Shown in pieces: positions 54,737 through 63,480 of a DNA stretch of 64,000 bases. The stretch's first letter is position 1; each line of letters starts with the position of its first letter. The DNA lies in IMG/VR virus record IMGVR_UViG_3300017700_000723, positions 466 through 64,465 of that record. One strand, 5' to 3'. The position numbers were made by a program, and so were the translations under genes. The notes under the pieces were generated by a model, which saw nothing but the letters and a program-made list of their open reading frames with translations, made no database searches and had not been told where the DNA came from. This stretch comes from a virus. Taxonomy: Duplodnaviria > Caudoviricetes.

Positions 54737-55589
54737 CGAGGCCGACGCCCTGGTGGACCTGATCTACTTCGCCTACGGACGCCTCCTCGAGATGGGCATA
54801 CGACCAGGTCCAGCCTTCCAGCTCGTGCACGACGCCAACATGAAGAAGGTCGGTGGGACCAACAAGCGCGGCAGCCTGTACGAGGCGGCCAAGCCCGATG
54901 AGTGGCGCGCTCCCGACTGGGACTGGCTCTTCATGACCGAGATCGAAGGCCGCGGGCAGTACGTCGGCCTGAAGCGCCGGGACACGACGCTCATCCAGCC
55001 AAAGCATAACCCCTACGACGGCGCCTCCCTGCCGAAGAGGAAGGTCCTCCTGCTCGGCTACGGACGGCACGGCAAGGACACCGTCGCCGAGATGCTCAGG
55101 GACCACTACGGGCTCTCCTTCACGTCGAGCAGTCTGTTCTGCGCCGAGAAGGTGATGATGCCGGCGTTCCTGCGCGCGCGTCAGGAGTGGCTCTCTACAC
55201 CGCTCGGCCCCGAGACGGGCAAGACCTCAATCCCAATGCTCTACGACAGCGTCGAGGCGTGCTTCAACGACCGGCACAACCATCGCAAGTTCTGGTTCGA
55301 TGAGATCGAGCGGTTCAACACGCCGGACAAGGCCTCGTTGGGCAAGGCTATCTTCGCCGAGCACGACATCTACTGTGGCCTGCGCAGCAAGCGGGAGTTC
55401 GCCGCCGTCAAGAACTCCGGGCTGTACGACGTCTGCATCTGGGTCGACCGATCTGACCACGTCCCGCCGGAGGACAAGTCGTCCTGCACGGTCGAGCCGT
55501 GGATGGCGGACTACGTCCTCGACAACAACGGGACACTTGAGGAGCTGCGGTTCAACCTGGACCAGCTCATGACCTCACTGGAGAAGTGA
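54573..55589 (+). CDS. fusion of MazG/DR2231-like NTP pyrophosphatase and deoxynucleoside monophosphate kinase
   Basis: EEVNEF...DALVDLIY...VHDANMKK N-terminal; P-loop GYGRHGKDTVA C-terminal. Confidence 0.85.
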   Translation: MLEKQLAMVERFHQTVTGLPIPQYPTRLSPERKAKGLEALREEVNEFEDAANAADEADALVDLIYFAYGRLLEMGIRPGPAFQLVHDANMKKVGGTNKRGSLYEAAKPDEWRAPDWDWLFMTEIEGRGQYVGLKRRDTTLIQPKHNPYDGASLPKRKVLLLGYGRHGKDTVAEMLRDHYGLSFTSSSLFCAEKVMMPAFLRARQEWLSTPLGPETGKTSIPMLYDSVEACFNDRHNHRKFWFDEIERFNTPDKASLGKAIFAEHDIYCGLRSKREFAAVKNSGLYDVCIWVDRSDHVPPEDKSSCTVEPWMADYVLDNNGTLEELRFNLDQLMTSLEK

Positions 55590-55590
55590 A

Positions 55591-56427
55591 TTGCAGAACT
55601 TCAACACAGCCTACCACGATCTGCTGGGCGACCTCGTCTCCAGTCCGTTCTCCGAGGTGAACGAGCGGACCGGCGTCGAGATCAAGATGATCCCTGGCGG
55701 CTACTCGTTCAAGATCGACCTGTCTGACCAGACGCTGCCTGTCACAGGCTCCCGCAAGTTGTTCCCGCATGTGGCCGCGGCGGAGATCGCGTGGTTCATC
55801 CGCGGGGACCAGGACACAGTGTTCCTCAACCAGCACGGCGTGAAGATTTGGGACAAGTTCGTCGAGGCGGACGGTAAGACGGTCGAGGCGGCGTACGGCT
55901 ATCGGTGGCGCTACGCCTTCGACCGTGACCAGCTCTGGTGTGCGATCGAGGCGTTGCGGAAGAACAGCACGGACCGCCGTATCTGGGTACAGGCCTGGGA
56001 CCCCCGCGTAGACGGCCTCGGCGCCGCCGGCCAGAAGAACGTGCCCTGTCCCGTCGGCTTCACCCTGTCGCTGGTCGACGGCCTCCTCCACAGCTCCCTG
56101 TTCATCCGCAGCTCGGACGTGTTCGTCGGCCTGCCGTACGACGTCATGGGCCACGCGATGCTCATGGCGGTCGTCGCTGCGTCGGTCGGAGCCATGGGCC
56201 TCGGCTCGATGCACGTCACGCTGGCCCACGCGCACCTATACAAGTCGCACTACGACATGGTGGACGCCGCCCTGTCGCAGACGATGTACCCGCAGGGGCC
56301 GAAGCTCTACGCCTGGACGCGGGACGACGTCCTCCGCGACCCGGACGGTTTCGTCTGGACGTACCGCAAGGCCGCGCAGGACGTCGCGTGGCCATCCTAC
56401 TCACCCAAGCCGGAGTTGATCCTTTGA
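55591..56427 (+). CDS. thymidylate synthase homolog, predicted dCMP methylase/hydroxymethylase
   Basis: TS fold motifs (EIAWFI.G, IWD, catalytic PC, RSSD, HLY) with Asp184 at the TS Asn177 position. Confidence 0.88.
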   Translation: MQNFNTAYHDLLGDLVSSPFSEVNERTGVEIKMIPGGYSFKIDLSDQTLPVTGSRKLFPHVAAAEIAWFIRGDQDTVFLNQHGVKIWDKFVEADGKTVEAAYGYRWRYAFDRDQLWCAIEALRKNSTDRRIWVQAWDPRVDGLGAAGQKNVPCPVGFTLSLVDGLLHSSLFIRSSDVFVGLPYDVMGHAMLMAVVAASVGAMGLGSMHVTLAHAHLYKSHYDMVDAALSQTMYPQGPKLYAWTRDDVLRDPDGFVWTYRKAAQDVAWPSYSPKPELIL

Positions 56428-56828
56428 AGCTTATGCCTGCACCCCCGCCCGAGAAGCCCGGCGATGACCCCGCCGTCCACCCGTTCGTCAACGCGTTCGC
56501 CAACATCGGCGCGATCATGGGCCGCGACCTCGGCGTCGTCGCCCTGCGGTCGATCGAGGCCCAGAGGGGCGGTACGAGCGCTGTCCTGTTCTGGTCCGCG
56601 GAGGACTGCCCCGAGGCGATCAAGGCGAAGGTCCCCGCCGAGATGACGGTCGGACTGTACGCCGTGATGATCGTGCCGCCCAAGGCGTCCGTCCCTGGCT
56701 TCCTGTTCACGGACGCCGACGTTCAGGCGGCGAAGGTCAACCTCGTCGACGGCTCCATCCTGGTGGCCTTCGTGCGGAAGTCGACCGAGGACAGCGAGCG
56801 CATCGCGGACCAGTTCAACGCAGGCTGA
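56424..56828 (+). CDS. hypothetical protein
   Basis: TTG start overlapping TS-homolog stop. Confidence 0.55.
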   Translation: MKLMPAPPPEKPGDDPAVHPFVNAFANIGAIMGRDLGVVALRSIEAQRGGTSAVLFWSAEDCPEAIKAKVPAEMTVGLYAVMIVPPKASVPGFLFTDADVQAAKVNLVDGSILVAFVRKSTEDSERIADQFNAG

Positions 56829-57076
56829 TGCCGCGCGTCCTCAACAAGTACCGCGACGTCATACCCCCGGGCGCAGTCTACTGCGGCCGGGGTTCACCTT
56901 ATGGCAACCCCTTCCCGATCGCAGGGAACATGACCAGGAAAAAGGCGATAGAGAGGTTCCGCTGCGAGGTTCTGCCGTCGCTAGACTGCGAGCCGTTGCG
57001 GGGAAAGGACCTAGTATGCTTCTGCAAGCCGAAGCCCTGCCACGTGGACCTGGTCCTGGAGAAGGCCAACCGCTAG
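56828..57076 (+). CDS. DUF4326 family protein
   Basis: YCGRGSPYGNPF...LRGKDLVCFCKPKPCH signature. Confidence 0.88.
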   Translation: MPRVLNKYRDVIPPGAVYCGRGSPYGNPFPIAGNMTRKKAIERFRCEVLPSLDCEPLRGKDLVCFCKPKPCHVDLVLEKANR

Positions 57077-57435
57077 ACCCCTGGGAGATGCACGCTTATG
57101 TCTTCACGTACCACGGCGATGACCCGCGTCCGTTCTTCGAAAGGACCTTCCCGGCCAGCTGCCTCGCCCAGGCCCAAGACTGGATCGGCCGCCAAAGGCA
57201 CCGAGGCTTCATCTGCGTCGACTGCCTCCCCCGCTTCTATTACCGCTAAGTTCAAGCCGAAGGACCGGGTCGAGACGACGCCCGCCTTCTCAGAGCTGTT
57301 CGACGGCGGTGCCCACTGGACCGGCACGGTCCTGAGCGCGAAGTCGTTCGACAAGTTCGTACAGTACATGGTGCAGACGGAGCAGGCTGGTCTCTGTCGC
57401 ATCGGCGAGAAGTGGCTCAAGAAGGAGACCAAGCG

Positions 57436-57936
57436 ATGAGACTGCTGATGGCGGTGAGCAAGGACGGCTACGTGGCCCGGCGGAAGGACGACGACATGTC
57501 CTGGACCGGGCCCTTCGACAAGGCGGTGTTTCGCCTGCTCAGCCACGTGGGCGGTGAGCTGGGGTGCGGATCGAGGACGTACGACCTGCTCCCACACAGG
57601 CTCAAGGGCCGCAACATCCACCGGCTCAGCCAGCAACCCGTGCCGCCGCAGGCCGCCACACCCGCCTCGCCACTCGTGCAGAACCTGTCCTGGTTCGCCG
57701 AAACGTACACGGGCGGCTGGCTCATCGGCGGTCTGCACATCGCGGTCAACGCCCTGCAGATGGACCTCGTCGACGAGGCGTTCATCTGCCAGTCCGACCG
57801 CAGCTGCTTCCCGGGCGACGACGGCGAGCTCTGCACCCTCGGGCTGCTCATCAACGACCGTGGGACGGACTGGGAGCGGACCGACGAGATAAAGGTCGGC
57901 GACACGACCGTCAACGTATGGAAGCGCCGACGATGA
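57436..57936 (+). CDS. dihydrofolate reductase-like protein
   Basis: LMAVSKDGYVA, MSWTGPFDKAVFR, GSRTY, LKGRN, WLIGG DHFR-like motifs. Confidence 0.75.
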   Translation: MRLLMAVSKDGYVARRKDDDMSWTGPFDKAVFRLLSHVGGELGCGSRTYDLLPHRLKGRNIHRLSQQPVPPQAATPASPLVQNLSWFAETYTGGWLIGGLHIAVNALQMDLVDEAFICQSDRSCFPGDDGELCTLGLLINDRGTDWERTDEIKVGDTTVNVWKRRR

Positions 57937-58133
57937 GCAAGATCGATCTGGAAGCCTGTGCGACCGTGTGGGACTTCGACGCCCACTTCACCGACGCCGA
58001 CATCCCGATGATAAAGCGGTGTCTCGAGGCGATGCCGCTCTTCGTCTCGCCGACAGTGGCCCGCTACGCCAAGCTCAAGGGCTTCGTCGAGGGCGTCCAC
58101 TTCCACGTGCAGAAGAGGATAGCGACATGTTGA
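57933..58133 (+). CDS. hypothetical protein
   Basis: ATGA overlap; 3' part of track ORF 57564..58133. Confidence 0.5.
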   Translation: MSKIDLEACATVWDFDAHFTDADIPMIKRCLEAMPLFVSPTVARYAKLKGFVEGVHFHVQKRIATC

Positions 58134-58603
58134 GGGGCGACAGCAAAGTCAGCGAGACGGACCTGTGGAACTGGCTCGCGAAGGCGAAGGACGAGCTCGA
58201 CAGGGACCTGCACATCCGCCGGATCGAGAACCTGGTCGGCGTGGGCGACCCCGACGTCCAGGGCTGCTACCTCGGCGGCTACTTCGACATAGAGCTCAAG
58301 ACCGCGGCTCGACCGGCCAGGCCGTCCACGCAGATACTGAACCCCAACGACGAGTACATCCGGCCGGAGCAGAAGGTCTGGCACCGCCTCCGGTGGCTGG
58401 CCGGCGGGAACAACTTCTTCCTGCTGCAGGTCGGGAGCGGAGCGGACGGCGCGATGATGTACCTGCTGCCCGGGACGCTGTGGAGGACCATCGAGGGCCG
58501 AACCGAGGAGGAGCTGCACAACTTCTCTGTGGTCGACCCGCGCCGCTCGCTGCCGTCTGAGATCATCCGGCGGGCGACGTCCTATCGTTCCACCCTCGGT
58601 TAG
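58127..58603 (+). CDS. PD-(D/E)xK Holliday junction resolvase/VRR-NUC-like nuclease
   Basis: RIEN.VGVGDPDV...DIELK...RPEQ.VW motifs. Confidence 0.8.
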   Translation: MLRGDSKVSETDLWNWLAKAKDELDRDLHIRRIENLVGVGDPDVQGCYLGGYFDIELKTAARPARPSTQILNPNDEYIRPEQKVWHRLRWLAGGNNFFLLQVGSGADGAMMYLLPGTLWRTIEGRTEEELHNFSVVDPRRSLPSEIIRRATSYRSTLG

Positions 58604-58666
58604 CATTCGCGGGAGTACGGACGGCGGGGCCTCGCAGTAGGCTCCTCTCAACTGAGGGTCGAACAC

Positions 58667-59077
58667 ATGGACTTGGAAGCGCTGTGCGGGCTCACTATCG
58701 TCCAGCTGATCGAGGAGCACAACCGGCTCGCCGGCGACCAGGCTCCCCAGCTGAAGAAGTGGCCCAGCGAGGACAAGAAGGGCCTCGCCGAGAAGATCAT
58801 GGAGCTCAAGGACGCCGAGCGCCGCCGCCGATCGGCGCGAACGATCAAGAGCGCGGCGTACGAGTGGCTCCTCAAGACCGACTACGAGGACCACAGCAAG
58901 CGTCCGGTCGGCTTCTCCTACGATCACATCCTGGGCAAGCTGAAGGACGAGTTCCCCGAGAGCTCCACGACGGACAAGTGTCTCCGCTGGTATCAGGTCC
59001 AGCTCAACCTGGACGGCGCGATCCTACCGTGGCGACCCCGCCGCGCACCTAAGAGGAAGAAGGCCGATGCTGCGTAA
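58667..59077 (+). CDS. HTH-like DNA-binding protein (paralog family)
   Basis: KRPVGFSYDHIL...EFP...T..CLRWY shared with 62492..63034. Confidence 0.7.
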   Translation: MDLEALCGLTIVQLIEEHNRLAGDQAPQLKKWPSEDKKGLAEKIMELKDAERRRRSARTIKSAAYEWLLKTDYEDHSKRPVGFSYDHILGKLKDEFPESSTTDKCLRWYQVQLNLDGAILPWRPRRAPKRKKADAA

Positions 59078-59183
59078 GATCATCTCACTGGAGTTCGGCC
59101 AGATGGACCGCGGCGAGGCTGTCGCCGTCCTCATCATACTCGCGATAGGCGTCACGGTCTACCTGATGGCGACAAAGCTATGA
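59067..59183 (+). CDS. small membrane protein (38 aa)
   Basis: read manually; one TM helix. Confidence 0.45.
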   Translation: MLRKIISLEFGQMDRGEAVAVLIILAIGVTVYLMATKL

Positions 59184-59449
59184 GCGACGAGAAGATAGTC
59201 GAGCTGAAGACCCGGCCGAAGCACGTGCAGGAGACTGTCGTCGCCAGGCTCGAGGACGCGCTCAAGATGGCGAAGGACGGCAGGCTGAAGTCGGTCGCCA
59301 TCGCCGCCGTCGGCAGCGACGACTCCGTGTGGACCTCCTGGTCCGAGACTGACAACTTCGCCATGATGCTGGGCGCGGTCTCCAGGCTGTCCTACAGGAT
59401 CAACGAGACCCAGGAAGTAACTCTGGTAAGAGAGGGCGACGAGCCGTGA
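59180..59449 (+). CDS. hypothetical protein
   Basis: ATGA overlap. Confidence 0.65.
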   Translation: MSDEKIVELKTRPKHVQETVVARLEDALKMAKDGRLKSVAIAAVGSDDSVWTSWSETDNFAMMLGAVSRLSYRINETQEVTLVREGDEP

Positions 59450-59769
59450 AGCAGATCAGGACGAGGATCGCGGGGTTCAACAACTACGACGGGGCGCCGC
59501 AGGCCCTCATGGGCATGCGCCCACAGACCAGGCTCGTGCTGAAGCCCGAACCCACGAACGCGTTCGACAAGAACGCCATCGAGATATTCACCACCTCCGG
59601 CCTGAAGCTGGGTTACATCCCGAGGGTGGACAACGAGCTGGTGCTGTCCAGGCTGAACGACAAGGGCGCGCGCGTTCAGTGCTTCAAGACGTCAGACACG
59701 TTCAACTCCATCGTGCTCCGGTACGACGTGCCCGAGATCGATGACGACAGAGGAGACCCCCTAGCATGA
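59446..59769 (+). CDS. HIRAN domain protein
   Basis: IAG, L.LKPEPTNAFDKNAI, KLGYIPR signature. Confidence 0.85.
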   Translation: MKQIRTRIAGFNNYDGAPQALMGMRPQTRLVLKPEPTNAFDKNAIEIFTTSGLKLGYIPRVDNELVLSRLNDKGARVQCFKTSDTFNSIVLRYDVPEIDDDRGDPLA

Positions 59770-60290
59770 GTAAACCGACAGCGGAACCACTGCGCCTCTT
59801 CGTGCGAGGCTTCCTCCGTGACCATCTCGGCCTAAGCCAGATCATGGCCGACGCCGCCTCGGCCGTCTTCATCAAGCGCTGGCTGGCACGGGACACGACG
59901 ACCGAGCAGCGCTACCAGCGCGAGGACGCCCACACCCTGGCCGCCGCTTTCGACCGCCGCGTGCTGGCTGACAGCCAGCCGCAGCTGACCGACCGCGAGA
60001 AGGCGATGATCGAGAAGCAGCTGCGCAAGGAACCGCCGCCGGCTGGTCTCACGTTCCCCGATAGGGCGGTCTTCCCGGACGTGGTGCTGGTGTTCGACGA
60101 CAGTGCGCTGGCAAAGATGTCCGGTCGGCCCGAGACGCGCCACACGCCTGGTTTTAAGCCGCAGCCTGGACCTCAAGCCGAAATGTGGAACTCGACTGCC
60201 CACGTGAACCGTGGCGATGGCCCTCGGGACGGCGGCGTGCCGGGCATCAGGCCGGACCCGACCGCCCGGAACTACTCGGCCGGACGCTGA
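59766..60290 (+). CDS. hypothetical protein
   Basis: last gene of the plus-strand arm. Confidence 0.55.
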   Translation: MSKPTAEPLRLFVRGFLRDHLGLSQIMADAASAVFIKRWLARDTTTEQRYQREDAHTLAAAFDRRVLADSQPQLTDREKAMIEKQLRKEPPPAGLTFPDRAVFPDVVLVFDDSALAKMSGRPETRHTPGFKPQPGPQAEMWNSTAHVNRGDGPRDGGVPGIRPDPTARNYSAGR

Positions 60291-60317
60291 ACCGGCTCGG
60301 ATAACGGCTCCTGAACA

Positions 60318-60363
60318 AGGCCCGGAGACCTGGCTTGCGCCATGGCTTCCGGGCCTTCGTTTC
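60318..60363. terminator. bidirectional terminator between convergent arms
   Basis: AAGGCCCGGA...TCCGGGCCTT followed by CGTTTC. Confidence 0.6.
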
Positions 60364-60622
60364 AGGTGTAGGAGCGGTCCCGGCAGATGCCAGCATGAAC
60401 CAGCGCGTTCTCGACCAGCTCCTGGGCGTCACCGAGCTCGGTGGCGACGAACGTGCCGTCGCATCTCCTGGCCGCGTCCACGACGGAGTTCCAGGTCCAC
60501 AGTATGCTGCCGCTCCTGGCGCGGCTCAGGACCGCGAGGACGATCCCGCCATCGGTCCTGAGCAGGTAGTTGTTCTGCATCGGCAGCGCCATCCGCTGCC
60601 AGTCTCGCATCGGCCTCGTCAT
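60362..60622 (-). CDS. hypothetical early protein
   Basis: ATGA-type overlap with upstream gene. Confidence 0.55.
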   Translation of the reverse strand: MTRPMRDWQRMALPMQNNYLLRTDGGIVLAVLSRARSGSILWTWNSVVDAARRCDGTFVATELGDAQELVENALVHAGICRDRSYT

Positions 60623-61101
60623 CCGTACATCCCGGGGAACTCGACCGTCACGTTCGCCGCCTCCTCGAGCTCGTTGGCGAGCTCCTCCGCCTCACTGCTG
60701 AGGTCGTCCGCCATCTTGGCGTCTACGGTGCTCTCGTCGCCCTTCAGCACCTCCTCGAAGTCGGTCTCGTTCAGCACGCCGATGGCGTCCTGGAGCAGGG
60801 ACTGAGCGTTGGACAGTCGGATGTCGCGGGAGGTGCCGCGGCGCTTGTCCTTGTTCACCAGCTCGGTGGAGTTGACCTCCAAGTTGCCGATGACGTCGTC
60901 CGGGTCATCGGGCTGCTGAAGCTGCTCCAGCTCGTCGGCCGTGGCGGCGGCGGTCTCGCACTTGGACATGTGGCCCATGCCGCCGTTCTCCATGTTGTCG
61001 GCGGTCTCGCGCATCTCAGTCGCCAGCTCCTCGATCGCTGCGAAGGCGTCCTGGATCGCGCCCGTGACTGTCGTCTTGATCGGCTTAGGCTTGTACGCCA
61101 T
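60619..61101 (-). CDS. acidic hypothetical early protein
   Basis: 160 aa, GGAGA RBS. Confidence 0.7.
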   Translation of the reverse strand: MAYKPKPIKTTVTGAIQDAFAAIEELATEMRETADNMENGGMGHMSKCETAAATADELEQLQQPDDPDDVIGNLEVNSTELVNKDKRRGTSRDIRLSNAQSLLQDAIGVLNETDFEEVLKGDESTVDAKMADDLSSEAEELANELEEAANVTVEFPGMYG

Positions 61102-61318
61102 CTCGGGTCTCCGGCTGTTGAATTACGATGAGGGGCTCGTGGTGGCCGAAGCGGAGGACCACCGGCTTACCGGCCTCGAGCTGGCTGAAGAGGTCCTCCA
61201 GCATCTGGCGGTAGTGCTCGTGCATCCCCTTGTGGTAGACCTTGGCCTCCAGTATCTCGCGCTGGCTGTCCTTCTCGTGCATCTCCGTCGACGTGGGGAC
61301 GAATAGCTGCTTTGCCAT
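61085..61318 (-). CDS. hypothetical early protein
   Basis: AGGAGA RBS. Confidence 0.6.
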   Translation of the reverse strand: MAKQLFVPTSTEMHEKDSQREILEAKVYHKGMHEHYRQMLEDLFSQLEAGKPVVLRFGHHEPLIVIQQPETRDGVQA

Positions 61319-61434
61319 CAGGCTTCTCCTTCTTCCTCCGGCAGAGCGCCGGGAAGTTGTGGCGGTGGAAGGCCTCCGCCGCGTAGGACCGGAAGGTCTT
61401 GCCGCAGCGGCAGCCGAACTGTTCGGACCAGTGC

Positions 61435-61782
61435 CTACGCACTGTAGTGGTCCTCGGGGATGTTGCGGAAGTAGGTCCGCGACTGCTGGAAGTTCAGCTT
61501 GGTGCCCATCTGGGCGATCTTCTCGGCCTTGATCTTCCGCGCCTTGTCGTACAGGCGGTGAGACGGGTCGGGCAGGGTGCAGATGCCGACATAGACGGCG
61601 TACCGGCTGCCGTCCTCGACGCAGACAGCCAGCAGCGACGACTGGGTCGTGCCCTTGCGGTCTATGTCGGGGTACCCAACGTGGTAGGTGCCGGAGACCT
61701 TGCGCCCTTCGGCGGGAGGTGTGTTCGTTGCTGGCAGGGGCACAGAGTACGCTGCTCTGCTGGCGACTGTTCCTCGTGTCAT
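61435..61782 (-). CDS. hypothetical early protein
   Basis: operon-contiguous ORF. Confidence 0.6.
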   Translation of the reverse strand: MTRGTVASRAAYSVPLPATNTPPAEGRKVSGTYHVGYPDIDRKGTTQSSLLAVCVEDGSRYAVYVGICTLPDPSHRLYDKARKIKAEKIAQMGTKLNFQQSRTYFRNIPEDHYSA

Positions 61783-62036
61783 GGTTTCGCTCCGTGCAAA
61801 ATTCCGAGCTGCTCGGTGAGCAGGCGGTAGACGACGGTGGCCTCGGCCGGCGTGAGCGAGACCGGGTCGCCCTCGGGCCCGCTCTCCATGCCGGCCTTCA
61901 ACTTGTCGAGTGCGCTGGCCATCGAGGTGACGAGCGCGTTCATCTGCTCGGTCCGGACGGCCGACCTGGACGGCGGACCTCCCTGGCTGACTGCCCGGAA
62001 GCCGTGGCCGTCGCCGTGTATGTCTCTACTGTTCAT
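61779..62036 (-). CDS. hypothetical early protein
   Basis: GGAGG RBS. Confidence 0.6.
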   Translation of the reverse strand: MNSRDIHGDGHGFRAVSQGGPPSRSAVRTEQMNALVTSMASALDKLKAGMESGPEGDPVSLTPAEATVVYRLLTEQLGILHGAKP

Positions 62037-62136
62037 GGCGGTTCCTCCAACGTCGACGCAGGGCGTCGAACACGATGGTGACGAAGGCCCAGGCGAGGGC
62101 CAGTAAGCTGGAGCGCTGCTCTGTCATCTCGCCGAC

Positions 62137-62388
62137 CTACTTCGAGGCGTCGAAGCAGGAGCGGCAGTTGCGGCCCCAGTTCGGGTTGTCGTTGAACTCG
62201 ACAGCCAGCGAGCCGTCCATCCGGGTCGGGACGTTCACGATGCGTGGGCCCCTGTCGAGCAGCCAGTGCGACGGGAACTGCGTGACGCCGAACAGGTGGA
62301 CGCGAGGGCGTCGGTAGTCGGCGGAGGCAGGGGTGGCGATTGCCAGCAGTGTGGCGACGATCAATACGTGTTTCATGTGGCCCTCCAT
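62137..62388 (-). CDS. small exported protein
   Basis: signal peptide MKHVLIVATLLAIATPASA. Confidence 0.55.
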   Translation of the reverse strand: MEGHMKHVLIVATLLAIATPASADYRRPRVHLFGVTQFPSHWLLDRGPRIVNVPTRMDGSLAVEFNDNPNWGRNCRSCFDASK

Positions 62389-62411
62389 GGACCGTTTGTG
62401 GCTCGGGTCAG

Positions 62412-62441
62412 AGGCCCCTCCCGCTCTTCACGGGAGGGGCT
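62412..62441 (-). terminator. terminator after 62492..63034
   Basis: GCCCCTCCCG...CGGGAGGGGC hairpin. Confidence 0.55.
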
Positions 62442-62491
62442 TGTCGGCGCGTCCTCCGAGGGCTATCACGCCTCGGCGACCACGCCGCAGC

Positions 62492-63034
62492 TCAGGCGGC
62501 TGCGGCCTCAGGCTTCGCCTTCGGTCGCACCGGCATCTGCACCTTCTCGGCGCCGGTCCGCTTGTTCATCTTCGTTGCGTACCAGCGGAGGCAGTTGAGC
62601 GACGTCTCGGCGCTGGGGAACTTCTCGGCGACCTTGGCGAGGATGTCCGAGTACGGCAGGCCCATCGGGCGCTTCGTCTCCGGGTCGGTGCCCCTGGTCT
62701 TGAGCAGCAGCTCCTCGCAGAACCGGCGGATCGCGCCGCGGTCGGTCTCGCCCTTCGCCTTGGACTTCGCCTTGGCCTTCTTCTTGGACTTGGTCGGCGC
62801 GGCGACGACGGTCTCGTCGGCGTCGACCGGACGGCCGGACTGGGCGGCGAGCTCGCCCTGCGACGCCTCGTCGAACGTGTGGGTGCTGACGAAGAACAGG
62901 TCGGGCTTCAGCTTCAGGACGGCGGCGACCAGCTCAGTCACCTTCCGCTTCCACTTGGTGATCGGGGCTTTGCCGCTGTGCTCGTTGTAGAGAGCGACGA
63001 GTTCGGAGGTCTTCATGCCGTTGAGGTCGATCAT
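62492..63034 (-). CDS. HTH-like DNA-binding protein (paralog family)
   Basis: KRPMGLPYSDILAKVAEKFPSAETSLNCLRWY; AAGGAG RBS. Confidence 0.75.
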   Translation of the reverse strand: MIDLNGMKTSELVALYNEHSGKAPITKWKRKVTELVAAVLKLKPDLFFVSTHTFDEASQGELAAQSGRPVDADETVVAAPTKSKKKAKAKSKAKGETDRGAIRRFCEELLLKTRGTDPETKRPMGLPYSDILAKVAEKFPSAETSLNCLRWYATKMNKRTGAEKVQMPVRPKAKPEAAAA

Positions 63035-63105
63035 TGGGTAGCTCCTTGTGATAGAACCGCGAGATTGTCGCGGGGTTGGGTTTAAGGGAACAGGGGGTGG
63101 TCCAA

Positions 63106-63372
63106 TTACTGGTGAGGCATTAACTCGATTATCTCGAACTCCTCGGAGCCGCCGTCCAGCTCCAGCGTGTGGGTGTCGCCGACGTGGACGAGGCCGGGGA
63201 ACCTGTGCTCGTCGCCGTCGTTCGGGTCAATGTACCCGTTCCACAGCTCCAGCGCGTGGGCTTCGACCTCCTGAAGGGCGACCTCCTTGGAGGGGTACCA
63301 CTTCTTGAAGGTGTCCGCCGTCGTCTCGTCGTCGTCGATGCGGGATGTGCACAGCACCATGAAGACTTTCAT
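63106..63372 (-). CDS. hypothetical early protein
   Basis: AGGAG RBS. Confidence 0.6.
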   Translation of the reverse strand: MKVFMVLCTSRIDDDETTADTFKKWYPSKEVALQEVEAHALELWNGYIDPNDGDEHRFPGLVHVGDTHTLELDGGSEEFEIIELMPHQ

Positions 63373-63480
63373 TTCGCGCTCCTGATCGCTTTGACCACGT
63401 CGTTGCCGTTGGGCTTCGTCGCCGGATGGGGCGGCAGAGCCGATTTGAAGCTGGGCAGTATCCTGAGGGAGAAGGCCATC

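Noticed and set aside
55591-56427. YuA/M6-type 5hmU thymidine hypermodification
   Set aside because: The specificity residue is Asp not Asn, and no 5hmU DNA kinase, aGPT-Pplase, PLP or radical SAM genes are evident.
57098-57439. ORF upstream of DHFR-like gene (ITAKFKPKDRV...)
   Set aside because: The 3' half looks coding but no credible start codon or RBS was found, so it is not listed as a feature.
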